Both the position numbers and the translations under genes were made by a program. A stretch of DNA of 64,000 nucleotides from Phoronis australis (taxonomy: Eukaryota > Animalia > Phoronida). Location: positions 186,001 through 250,000 of the forward strand of contig NMRA01000299.1 of the NCBI GenBank assembly GCA_002633005.1, in the 5' to 3' direction. Shown here one piece after another: positions 27,101 through 40,295 of the stretch (within the stretch, counting starts at the first letter, position 1; the number at the start of each line of letters is the position of its first letter). The notes beneath the pieces are model-generated. The model was given only the letters and a program-made list of their open reading frames with translations, was not told the origin of the DNA and did not search any database.

Positions 27101-30100
27101 TATAGACTGGGCGCACGCGCTACTGCAGCTAACAACTTGACGCCATATTGGAGAGTGTTACTAGTCATGTGACACGGTGAATTGTCATGTAAACAAATGG
27201 GGTAAATAGCTCTTTTCAAAGCGCGATATCTAACAAATAAATTGATGTGGAGGAAGAGTGTGATTTTTTCCAGACATAAAAAACATGTGATGTCCCTCGT
27301 AAATGCATTTTATAAGTGTAAATCAGTCGATAGGGAAAATATCAAACTAATAGAAGATAGCAACCAGTGGCAGATTCTCGAATAGTCTGAGCGGCTGCAC
27401 GCTTGTTATCCACTGTGAGCGTTTTATTTTTTTCGTTTTTTCAAGAGAAACCAGTAAGATCGTGCAAAATTATCACTTAATTCGTGTCACTTGATGCAAA
27501 TACATTATATATAGATGTGCAGCTCACTTGGAACATACTTTTGTTGTTATCCAATAAGCCTTAGTTTTCAGTATTGTAAATGACCCCGTGAAAGTACATA
27601 AAATAAAAATACGACCCAGGTCACATTTAATGGGGGGTCTAAATCTAATGTGAACTACTGAGAAAAATTATCTCACTAGAGTCATGTAGATAAATGACAG
27701 GATTTTAAAGTTCATTAGGGCGTTCTCCCGTACCGTGACTTTACCAGACCCACAGCGGTTGTGAGCGTGTGATAGTCTTAACTTCGATTGTATAGTTGGG
27801 CCGCTTTGGTGATTCAAAAACCTTAACTAATATTTCATGGGGAATTCAGAAATGCCATTGGTTTATGTTCAAACATTTTATAACTTATCGGTAACTTATT
27901 TTTAACACCACAGCCCAGTGAGTCAATAAGATATGATTTTATTGGAGATTAGAGCAACTATCAAACAAAAGAGAGCTGAACCTCCAACCCTAATTGCCAG
28001 AATGGACTTAATCAGTGGTCGGTGTAAGATATTGGCTACAGCAGTCATCCGCCCAACTTGTGCTATACAACCTAACAAGTTAGACTAAACGCGAGAATTC
28101 CAGAATGTAAAAAGCAAAGAACACAGACTCAATTCCTCTCCTGTGCATCGCTCGGGATTGCCAATGGACAAATACTTTTCTCTCACGCATGGTATTCCTC
28201 TCTCAAGGATCTGAAGTCACCCTCGATCAAGCACCAGGCACTTGTTGGTGTTTTGTAGAATCCCCACACCGTGTAATTATGTGCTCACAAAGAGATCAGT
28301 CCCACTCCCACACATTATTTCGAACCGTTCCTATCCAACCCCGCCCTTAATTTGATATACGTACTGCGTGTCCCTCAGCCGCTGAGAAATTTAAAAACAA
28401 ATTCTTCTCCCACGCATGCTTGGCCTCAGTTCTAACGGTTCCAAATTTGACTTTTATAGTAAGAAAACTTGGCTGCGAGAGGAAGATTCTTAACATGTGG
28501 CCAAGTATTTTGGATTAGTATTCATGCAGTTCAGTAGTCAGATATTATATCCTGGCACAAGCAGTGTAAAAATGGCCATTTGCCAAGTTGGGCAACTGAA
28601 CGAAGGACAGTTCGAAACATTGTGATAGTTTTCACTTCAGCCATGAGCTTCCCCACATCATATTCCTGGTCTGCATGCTGTTCAGTACTTTCACTCCCTA
28701 ATTGCGGCATTCAAGTAAGATTTCCCTTCTCGCATGTCACACAGATGACCCCCAGACCTAAACATCCGCGTATCGAACATTGTTGAACGATTGCCAATTG
28801 CGGGTACCGCATCTGCTTATCCCAATCCCCTGTTGCAGAGGGACCCAATGGCGGATTTAGAGGGGGGCCAAGAACCTGCCCTAAAATTCTCCCAGATTCC
28901 ATTTGGCAGTTCGGAGGTGCGAAAGTCCGACGGGCAAAATCCTGGCTAACACATGAGCGCACCCAGGGGGGCTCAGGGGGCTTTTAGAGAAACAAAAAGT
29001 CCGAGGAAACGAGACAAAACAAAAGTCCACAGGAATTCATCGCGAATGCACAATGCACGGGGTTGAACCTAGTACCCCGTTTTTTTAGTACTCGTCTTCT
29101 TGTTCCAATAAAAGGTCCACGTTACTGCGAAATTTGAGCCCCCCTCTATATATTAGACTGGGTGCGCGCATGTGATCCTCTGCCTTAGTCCCCCTAAATC
29201 ATAATTCTGGATCCGCCCCTGGAACTGTTGAATAATGATGGGACGGGTTTTCACGGATGTGAGGTCATTTTTTCATGGGCTAAAAATTCTTCACATTAAA
29301 TTTAGACCCTGTGAAAAAACTAGCCGGAGTCATTTTTCATGGGGTAATCATTTAATGCTACAAAGTGGCTCGGTTGGGTATATTTCCACTCGGTTTCTAG
29401 TGGGAAATTCTGTATTTTGGGTATAGGTCGGATGCGCAATTCAGTCGTACAGGTTTGATATTTTGATTACTGTGTTCTTTACTTTTTTGCGTAAGTTTTG
29501 AGTAACAAAACAAAGAGCTTGTAAGCAAGCAGTGCAAATTCACAAAATTTCCAATATCAACTTTAACAAATTTTGCAGGGATATGTTTGCTTTAATATAA
29601 CAGAAGAAATTTGTTTTTGGAATACTTAAGAAATGACTTTTTTAAGCAGTATATATTTCAACAGAGAATACATTATTCACTTAGGTGTACTGATTTTGAT
29701 GGGTAGCGAGTAGCTTAGGGGATGTTATTTTTCAGAACAAGTAAAAATACATATGATGGTCATTGATACAAAATAATTATTTACTTAAGTATAATTAACA
29801 AACAGCATCATCATTGGATAAAAGGATATGCTGGTCAATAATTATCTTATAATTGTTCTTATATGGTCTCAATCACCAAGACTGATGTGGAAACAACGCA
29901 TGATCGCTCCGCTTAAACTACCGTGGTAGAACATAAAAACCTAGTGTCAGCACTTCTAAACTCCATGGCCGAACCAAAAAACCCATGACTCAAAGGCAGG
30001 ACCAAAAAACTTAACTTTTTGGCTGCAAGCATAACACTGCGAGCCCGGAGATTTTCTGACTGATGCCATAGGGCTCCCAGTGTTTTCCGCCATTTTTGTC

Positions 30101-33100
30101 CTGTGTAACACTCTCCAATATGGTGTCATATTGACAATTGACAACGCGAGCTGCATATATCTGAGTGGCGCGCGCCTGGTCTATGTGATGTCTATGGATG
30201 AAACACTTGAGCTTTAAGTCCATAAGGTCCTTGACTTTGGTTTCTTGAAATAGGCGAATATTGAAGCCCGCAGATTGGTATTAAGAACACTGTATGTAAA
30301 TGCAGACAGCACATGTAGTGTTTCTCTAATTATTCCATAGATGGCGTTCTTAATTTCCTACTGCCTCAGTTATATTTTAGGGCATTGTCTTGAAGTAATT
30401 CATGATTTAATCAACCAACTTTTGATGGTATTGTTTTGATTGCTTGTGCTGAGTTGGTACTGTCTGGGCCAATCAGCTTTCTAGGTTTTCAAGGAGTATT
30501 TAAACGTCTGTACCGGCAAGCATCAGTTGGCACTTCACTCCTGGGTTTTCGTATGTATTGTGTGTTGAGTACCGGGCTGGGTTTTTGAGGCAAACGCTTT
30601 TATTTGGTTACCGTTCAACGTTAGATGCCGATTTTGGATAGCTGTGCATTTATAGTTTGTATTCTGTCAGCGTTGCTGTAGACTGAACTATTATTTGTGT
30701 TGACCTAGATATGCTGTTATTTTGCAGCAACTGTGCTTTTTCTGGTAGTCAATTGTTATATTTACGGATTTCTTGTTGTATGGATATTTCCATTTTATGA
30801 ACTAGTTTTGCGGAGTGCTACAGTAGTCTAAGAGTTGTCTAGTCTCTGAACTTTAGTGGTTTATTTTGTCATGTTTCTCCCGAGTTTCTATTTCCTCAGG
30901 TACCGCTTCCATTAGAAATTAATTAAACATTACGTAGAAGGTGCAATGATATCATGGTGGTTGCTTAACGCTAATGGCATAGTTTAGTTAGTCAACGTAA
31001 GACTCTTTTTTGTAACGTTTCAGATAAACGATATCAAAAGAACACCGATGCTATGCGATATATCAACAATAAAAAATGAACGTAATAAAGTGTATCGAAT
31101 TGTAGACGCCTCTTTCTCTATTGCAGCAACATTTGGGCAGCAATACTGTACGCATTTTTTTGCAATAAGAGTGAAATAAATAAGTGGGAGCATAAATACT
31201 CAATACCCATTTACAAGGCTATAATCGGACATGGGTTTCGTGACACCCTTTAGTATGACCTCCTGTTGTGTGCTGAAAGCAGCAAATCAAATGCTGGAGT
31301 GTTAACTCTTAATTCAGACTTCGAAATATTACTTCCAACAAATATAACATAAAAACAAACTTTGGCTCACCAATGAAATATTGCACTTCTTTGATTAATA
31401 GTAGCATTACCTGTGCACACACAATCCCACTTCATATCATTTTATCAAATTTTTTAAACCAACAGATTGTCAACATACAAGAAAAGTCTAACTATTAGTA
31501 ACTGAGTTTAAAATTCACCTTTAATAGGTAACTGTGACACTTCACCAGGTATCGTCACCAGCAATGGATTGTGACGTAGATATAACTCCGCCAATTTGGT
31601 CATCGTAGACAACTGGATTGGAATCTCCGCGATGGCATGATAAGACAGGAAGAGAGTAGCGAGATTCTTCAAAGCAAGTATCTGAGATGGAAACCCAGGC
31701 TCTACAAAGATGGAGTTACACGTGTCTAACAAAATCCTTAATGTTGATTTCCTCAAAGCTGTGTTTCCCTTTGTTTAGAGATCAACAAAAACAGAATCAA
31801 AACCAAGTCACTCAACCCTACAGAATCAGCCTGGAAATTTTGTTTCACAATAGGACTTGAACTGTATTGCACATCGAGACCAATTACACAAAGTCAAATT
31901 GAATTGCAGGCTATCTCTCAATTCCACCCGAATGTTGAGAAAATATTTGAACATTGTTGTTTATTTACGATATTTATTGAAAGTGGGTAGACCAAAACTT
32001 AATACCACTGTTCTTCATCAGGGACCATGGGAAATAGTCCATCAAGACACAAGGTAAACAATAAAAAGAAGAGACTACTAACTGCAAATTATCTTTAAAA
32101 TTTAAATTGTCAGCCTCTAAGAGTTGAGCACTAAGGAAATCAGACATCACAGTAGCAGAGCAGAAAGATTGCTGATTAAAAGTTGGTACCAGCACATTTA
32201 ATATACAGATCAATTTCAGTCTGCACATTATGTGCAAAAACTACCTTAACACAGAGTCACTGATACAAAACTCCTAAAACACATAGTTCGGCTAAATAGA
32301 CATGAGTCATTGCATTTTTGAAAAATGTTTTCCGGGAAAGCAACCAACTGAGTGTCATTCCACATGCAACTCAAACACAATAAGATGAACAAGAAATAGC
32401 AGCTATCTAACTAGCCCTTTCAAAGCACAAAGTTGATACAATACAACTGAATTGACAACAGATGTCTCTACCTGAATCATTCTTCCCAAATCGTGGACAT
32501 AGGTTGAACAGCTTCATATTCAACAGGTGAATTTCATCAGTACTCAGAATCTGTTTATGGTTCACATCACATTGTTGAAAGATTTCTGTTATGAACTGAA
32601 AATGAAATCAGGTGATATTAAAAACAATCACCACCTTCAAATTTTAAATATCAAAAATAAGACATCCATAGTTGAGTCAAATGATTGAAAACAGGAACAC
32701 AAAAATCTCAAAAACGCTAAAAAATTGATGGCTTTTGTTAAGTAAGTAAATCTTTTTGATATCTTTTATCAAGAAATTGTTTAGAGTTGCTTAACGGGAA
32801 AATTTAATCATTCCTGTTTTGAGCAACAACACTTCTTACAATAAATCTTCCCAAGGTAAATTAACCAACCTGCTGTTAAACAGAGTGACAGTAAAATTAA
32901 CAAATTTAGGCTTTGTTCATTTAGTGTCTGAGAAAATTGCACCAACAGTTTGTTTTCGACACCTTATTCATGGATGATAATCGTTGAAATGAGATTTAAT
33001 TATAGGTGCAGATACAGTGGTTCTCAGATGTTCCCAGTTGCTATGCACCTCTCTTACATTGGCCTACTATTGATAAGCCATTTGATACTATGCTGGCTCT

Positions 33101-36100
33101 ACTGGGCTGTTCTGCATATATCGGATGGCCCAAAAACGCCTCGATTTTTGACTTGCAATATTGCAATGACTTATTAACTGACACCCAGGAATTTCGCAGA
33201 AAGTAACTCATCTTTTCCAATCGCAGAGCACACAATCAGCAATATTGTAATTTATTTGCCAAGTCAGTTTTAAATTTCCTGCAGCAAAACATACCAGAGT
33301 GTACTCTGTTATTGGCATGTATCAAATGTCAAATTATAACAATTAAAGTTCCAGTTGCACAACAAATGAAAGCTTACCACATTTAATGTTTACTAAAAGT
33401 ACTTGAAAATTATTACTGTTTCCATGATTCTTGGATTGTTGAAATTTGCATTCTTGATGAAAATGCATAAGTTTGCTGCACCATCAACTTAATTGATTTC
33501 TGTCCATTAATCAAAGAGATACTGAAAGCACACACGCACACACACTCGAAAAAATAAAATTATGAAGCAATTCTTGCAATGATTCATATATAGGTCATAC
33601 AACACCATGCAGTACGGTATTGCATCGGACAAACTAGAGATTCATAGAAGCAAGAATCTTGCTAAGGAAGCCAGGTATGATCAATGTGCTTTGCTTGTAA
33701 TACATGGTGACATCATGTGAAGTTTTGCGTGACATTGCATTTTCACGAGATTCTTGCGTCTGCAGAATGCATGCCAGGCAAGGCATATGCTAACACATAA
33801 AATCCATTGATGCAGTATTAAATTTGTTGTCTGAAAAACAGTAATGAAATTGATAGCAGTCATATTAAATTATAACACATCCTTAAATAAAATGTAAACA
33901 AGTATGGAAACTACTGCAGGTGAAGTTACATTGAATTTCAAATAAAATGCATGATGAACAAATCCTAAATCTGCCTGTTTATCAACAATTAAGAAAGATT
34001 CACAATAGCAAATAGTATTCAGTTCCATGGTTTGAACAAGAACTAGTACAGAGCATTACACCACATGACCAGTCTTCTGTGATTTCTGCACGAAACATTT
34101 ATCAGCACCACAAGCAACAGGTTCAGCAATTTCTATCTTACCTTTTCTGAGCCATCACTGCTTCTCTCGGCAATCCTTCTATAAGCATAATTGTCCATGA
34201 AGAAGTTTTTCAAGGCATCAAGAGACAATACCGTAGATTCATCAGCCTTATCGAGCCAAATTGCGCCACTAACTCCCAGCATTTCTAAGTTGGTTAGCTT
34301 TGTGATACCTGCATGAATGTGCCATTACCTGGTTAACAATGACACGACTATTCGGAACAAGACAATCAAATAAAATTGGCTAAATTTTAATTCGTAGTAA
34401 TGTTGTATTAAGCATGAAATGCAATATGAATATCATCTTTTCCTGTTTTGTTCTATTTACACCAACCTCTAACCTATTTACTTAGGTACGATGTTTCAGA
34501 CGATAATTTATCCACCCATCATCAGGTGTTACGACATTCAAACAAGGTACAGTCATGGTAGCCAACGATGAGCACTTTATTGGAATTTTTCGTAGATTTG
34601 GATAACAGAACATCATATCTTAGAAATGGTTGATTGGATTCACATGAAACTTTCAAGTACTGTGCTCTATACACCGTTCTTCAAAACACTGTTAGTTAGC
34701 ACCTTAAAAATGTTCTAATTTTGCACGAGGGACTACCAAAATAGGACTTTCAAAACTTTTTATCAGAGAAAAAAGATATCAAAAATAGCATCAAATGAAA
34801 ATGAATCCCTTAGAAAACTGTAAAATTAAAAGTATTTTGAAACTTCATCTTGAAAACTTATATCAAACCAAATTTGTTGTTTTGCTATGAAATTCAATGT
34901 ACATTTATATTTTCCTAAACTTTACTAAAAGACATGACCCAAATGATTTCAGATTGGTATAAAGTGAAAAATCAAATTCTAATAACACTTTTATTGACAG
35001 AATTAAAATCTGTAGTTTAGTAGATACTTTGCTAAATACCCAAACGGCATAACTCACTTTGTGGCAGTGTTGACAGGCTGTTGTTGTTCAGTTCCAAATT
35101 TTGCAGGGAGCCAGCAAGGTTGCCAACATCCTCACTCAGGGTCTCTAGTCCAATATTGGATGCAGTCAAGGTCTTTATAGCTGTCAGACTGAACACATCA
35201 GCTGGAAGTTCGTACAGAGGATTGTTTGAAATTGTAAGCTCCTTCAGAGTACTGCGGCATGCATCAAGGCCCGGCAGAGACTTAAGATTGAGATGGGGAA
35301 TTGAGAGTACTTCCAGACGACCGCAGTATGCAATGTTAGGCAAATATTGAATGTCAAGTATCTCATCCTGGCTTCTGACCTCGAGTACGCGAAGGGCTGT
35401 GCAGGTAGACAAAAGGTCATCAGGGACAGTCTCTTTTGGCAACAAAATGACCTCTTGCAACACATTCCCATAGGCTTGGAAATTTTCCTTCAGAGAGTCA
35501 TATGGAATATCGGTGTTTTGGTGGTAACCACATATATGTGGTTTTTCCTTGTCCTTTTCTTTCTTGGATTCATGCTGAAAATAGTAAAAGACAATAAGAA
35601 AGCATAGAAATAACTCCAAATTGCATCAAAACAGTCTTTAACAAACCATTAATGCCTGAAGTTAAATTTCTACACTTTCAACACACTTTTAATAAAATTT
35701 TTTTAGTATCCAAGTGTCTAGCCTGTTTGAAAATTATATAAAAAATTGGTACAGAAATGTGACAGACAAGTGAAACCCCTTTTTGTCTAATTTCTCACAA
35801 AAATAAAATTTTGCAGTACTTTTCGGGGAATTTTGCTATAGCACGATCTGTATCACACAGTGCCACCAGAAATGTTTCATTGGTAAATTTTTGGAACTTA
35901 TAGTGATGAGGAAAGCTTCCGAAAACTATGTTCGTTCACGTACAAATGAGGATTCAATATGGATATCTTGTTGAAAACTAAAATGGCTAACAGGGGGTGC
36001 TGTGGTTGTTGAGACCTTCTAAGAATCAATTGGTGCCAACACATCCCCAATATACACCTCTGTATCAAGGTTTGTCAAAGGAACAAAATCCACAGGCAAG

Positions 36101-39100
36101 TGTGACAGACGAGCAACATATTGCTAAAAAATGATGTTATGGAGCTCCAATCAATCTGAGAATCAACATGTGCAGGTGCAAACCAACCATAAACCCTTGC
36201 GTCAAGCTCCGCAATATTATGGTCAGCCAGTTAGATAAAATCAATATTAAATCAAAAACTAAGACGAAGAACTGAGGAGGTGTAGAACCAAGACACTTAG
36301 TAGCAATTTTGCAAACATGTTTTGTTACATTTAAAGCTGTCTGCAGGTGCTCATTCAGAAGTAATCTAAGGAGCACTTGGACATTTAATGCAAGAAATCT
36401 TACAAAATAAACCCAGCACAGCCGATATCATATATTAAGAATTACCTGGCCAGCTAATTCGTAGACATGCATAATAAACATTTGGCGTTTCAACAGCTTA
36501 CACATGTCCTGCAATGAATAAAACAAATCAACTAGAAAATCAATCTGAAAATTTCATCACAATGAAGTCATTACTTAATTTTAACTTCTTAGCTATTCTA
36601 TTTGAAAGTGCGAGAAAATGCTTGCATTAAAGATATCTCAAAACATTAACAAAAAATGACCGTTTTTACAATAATTCACATACCTCTAGTAAGATGCCCT
36701 CTCTTAGTTCTTGTGTAATTTCAAATACAAAATACATAACACGTAGCAACAAAAAAAGATTTAACAGACCCACATGGAAACCACCTTCAACCGCGTGGCT
36801 AATTGTTTACTTTGTATCTAAGGTCAAAGGTTACAAACCTGTCACTCAAATTGAATCTACCGCTTGCCATGTGCACTTCCCACAATTCACAGTCCTTTCA
36901 TTCACAGAGTACCAAAAGAATGAGTTAACAAGGTGTATATACTATGGAAAGATGTCGTGGAAAATAAAGACATAACGTATTTTTGATGCTGAGTGAGTTG
37001 CACGTATGCGCGCATACGACAGTAGATAACATTATGACGAATGCACTGAGTTGCTGCACGACCTCCGGCATATCACAAACACAGAAGTTGTGTAAATAGA
37101 TCCTCACACAAATTCATTCATTATATCGGTAATCTGGCATTTTGCTGTTTCAATCTCATGTTCACGGCCAACTTTAACCACAGAAACTGTATTTCTAACC
37201 AGCATTTCACACTTGATTTCTTTCAGTTTCCCCGGCATGTGCTTCAGGTGTTGTTTATAACAATGTACTGTTGACCTATATTTAATAGGTCAAGAGGTAA
37301 ACTCCTCCCCTAACCAAGTTTCCCTTGATTCATTGTCAACCGACTCAACAAAATTAATGATAATTATGTTAACTGTGCACAGCCAATTCAATTGACATTA
37401 TGAGTGTATGTTCAAAGAGCTAACAAGGTAAGAATGTTTAGGATATATTGACTAAAAGCAAGTTTTCACTGAACAATTAACTACAGACCTTGACATTTTC
37501 ACCTCTCCCAACATAATCGGCATTTTCTCGGCTTCAGAAATTCAACAAAATTTAAACTTAGGAACACAAGATCTTGAAAATGGCTAGGTGGAATTCGCAG
37601 AAACTTTCCAAACTTAATAAACATATTTTTATAATCCCTGATCTTTTTTCTTTAAGAAAAATATATACTTTTACTGATTGACAAAGCTTGTTTGATACAC
37701 GAGTTAGAGTGGAGGTCACTAAATAAGGTTTGAGATAAGCTTAATAGGCAGAAATGGTATACCAACAATGTAAGGTTGTCTATCTGCAATAGTTAAAATT
37801 GGAAAATAATCTTTCGTTACATTAGGTATTAATAGTACCACGCATAAACTATTACCAAACCAAAACTTTTGTTGAAACCTTTCGTCAATTGGTACAGATT
37901 GAAGAGTGCCCCATTGCTAGTCATCACACAATTAATTGGTATCATACTTTTCTTGTTACAATATAGCTTTGGTTAAAGCTATATATAGCTTTGGTACTTT
38001 AAATAGTTTATCCCATCAAACAATCCCAAAAATTTGTTTTCTGTCACAAAAACGATTACGTCTCTTTAATTGTTATTAAGGATTTGAAATGTTCCTAGTG
38101 AATGTCAAAAACGAGTACCAAAAATGAGGACTGTGAGAACAGTGAAGCAGGCCTTCATCTAGTAGGTGGCCAGTCACCTGTATTGAATTCACTAATGAGG
38201 TGAGCGAACAACACTTCCGACAACATGAAACAAATGTGAAAAGCAAGTAATATCCATAGAGTTTGTTACATTTTACCCTACAGCCAAGCTTTTACCTCAA
38301 TTGACCAATGGTCTCACCTCATGAAGCTGCTCCAAACTGTAGTCTGCTTCACGTTCCATTGCTGGTTTCCACAATGTTGGCAAAAATTGCTACAACAGAA
38401 TATCGTTAAAGACACAAAATTTCAGAAAGAAAATTAATGTGCATTTGTGAGTTTTCCAAAAACTCTGCTTCTTATAGTTCATACCTCAGGAGAAAGGCAT
38501 CTTTAATAGATAGATAGAAAGTATGAGACTAAGAACGCAGAAATAAACACATCTTCTATTAATTGGCTTGACCGAATGTGTATTGGATCAGATAATTATG
38601 TTCTCAGTCGTAATCCCCCTTATTTAAAGCTCAAGAGGATTTTGTAACATTATCGCTCACGGGGCTCACACCCCTCGGACGATAATTCCCCAAAATCGTT
38701 TTGGGCTCTAGCTCTAGATTACGGNGGGGGGGGGGGTCCCGGCTTTGCCATGTAATAAACAAAATCTATATTTAGCACGTGTAGTCTTGAACAGTCTTCG
38801 CAGATCTCATGGGACACTAAAATCTTTGTGTTTTAAAAAATTGAATCCATACATCTAAGTCCATTTTCATAAGAAGGCAAACATCTACTATGAAAAGTAA
38901 ACTTTTTAAATGAGAGAATCCTTGTCAATCTAAATTATGCGTGAATTTTTAGAGAACACAAATTCCATAATCAACTTACTGTTTTTGAACTTTTAAATAG
39001 ATAATAGAGGTAGATTGCAGTTGACAGTGATTGTTCCAGCAAATTCAAAGCCTCTTTCTGGTCATTCACTTCAGTGAGCACATCACGAGAGGCATGCACA

Positions 39101-40252
39101 GTATGATACTGGGAGACCGCTGGTAAAGAAAGGATTATAAAGTGATGGAGTACCATTAACAAGAGTTAACAATACCAACTAAACAACAAGCTGACTAATA
39201 GCAACCTCAGATTCACCAAAAACAAATTTTTAAGCAGTTTCATAATACCACACTCAACAAGCTTTCTTTAAATTCCTTACGAAATGGAAAAACAACCACA
39301 AGATGAAAAGATTATATCACTTCAGTAAAGTGTTTGAAATGCTTTCAGTCAGCTACAATAACCAGTGATTAAAGAATTACTCTAGTCTAGCCCAGTCAAT
39401 CTACACCCAAAGTGAACATGAGGTTAGAATTAAACATCAGCTTCCTTTAATGACAGAAAGCAGACGGCTATTTGCCAAACATAATTTTTTAAAAAATGAA
39501 TGATTATAGCAGATAAAATATTCACCAAGTGTATACACCCATATTCAGCCATGATTCCTAATTTATATGGTCGAGACAATAGTTGTTTGACAAGAGTACA
39601 GAATAATGATATGCAGCCACCATGTGCATTGCTCACTGTTTTGAAATATACTCATTACGGCGTTTCCCCATTGCTCTCAACTTGTTCACTAATTCTATAG
39701 CCTAACAACAAGTTGGGAAGAACACCCCTGTAGCCAATGTCTTACACGACTGATTAACTCCATTCTGGCATTGATGGTTGGAGGGCCAGCTCTCTTTTGT
39801 TCGATAATTGCTCTAATCTCCAATAAGGTCAAATCTAACCTGACTGGGATGTGCCATTAAAAATAAAATTTAAGTTTTAACATATTTGAACATAAACCAA
39901 TTATAGCATTTCTGAATATTTCGTCAAATGCTGATCACGTTTAGTTTTTGAATACCTACAATCACCCAACTACAACCGAAGTTACGACTATCTAGTCTTT
40001 CTGAACGAACCAATTCGCTCTGAGTTTGATTGTGTTAACACGTGGTCTGTAATAAGCCTGGTAGATAATTGGCCTGCCTGTTGTCATACCAGACAAAATA
40101 CTGTGCTTGGCAGTTAAAAAAGAAGCTAGATGCTAACACACGCTCAGAACCCTTTACGTCTGGTAAAGTCACTGAACGGGAGAACGAGGTCATGTTCACT
40201 GCAGTTGGATCCATCTGAAAATCAACATCAGTCCCCTCTGTTGGTTTGGCAG

Positions 40253-40295
<43 letters not shown>

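Larger units (their letters stand above)
24900..30900 (-). mobile_element. Degenerate LINE (APE endonuclease and RT remnants), interrupted by a hAT-like element
   Basis: Remnant motifs QETK (near 30240), VGDFSAWH, TDLALSS, YRIIVMQDVIGKI and HLGVQLDCSLNF, with many frameshifts; boundaries approximate. Confidence 0.75.

Noticed and set aside
35081-35607. Plus-strand ORFs overlapping the LRR exon
   Set aside because: Antisense shadows of the coding exon.
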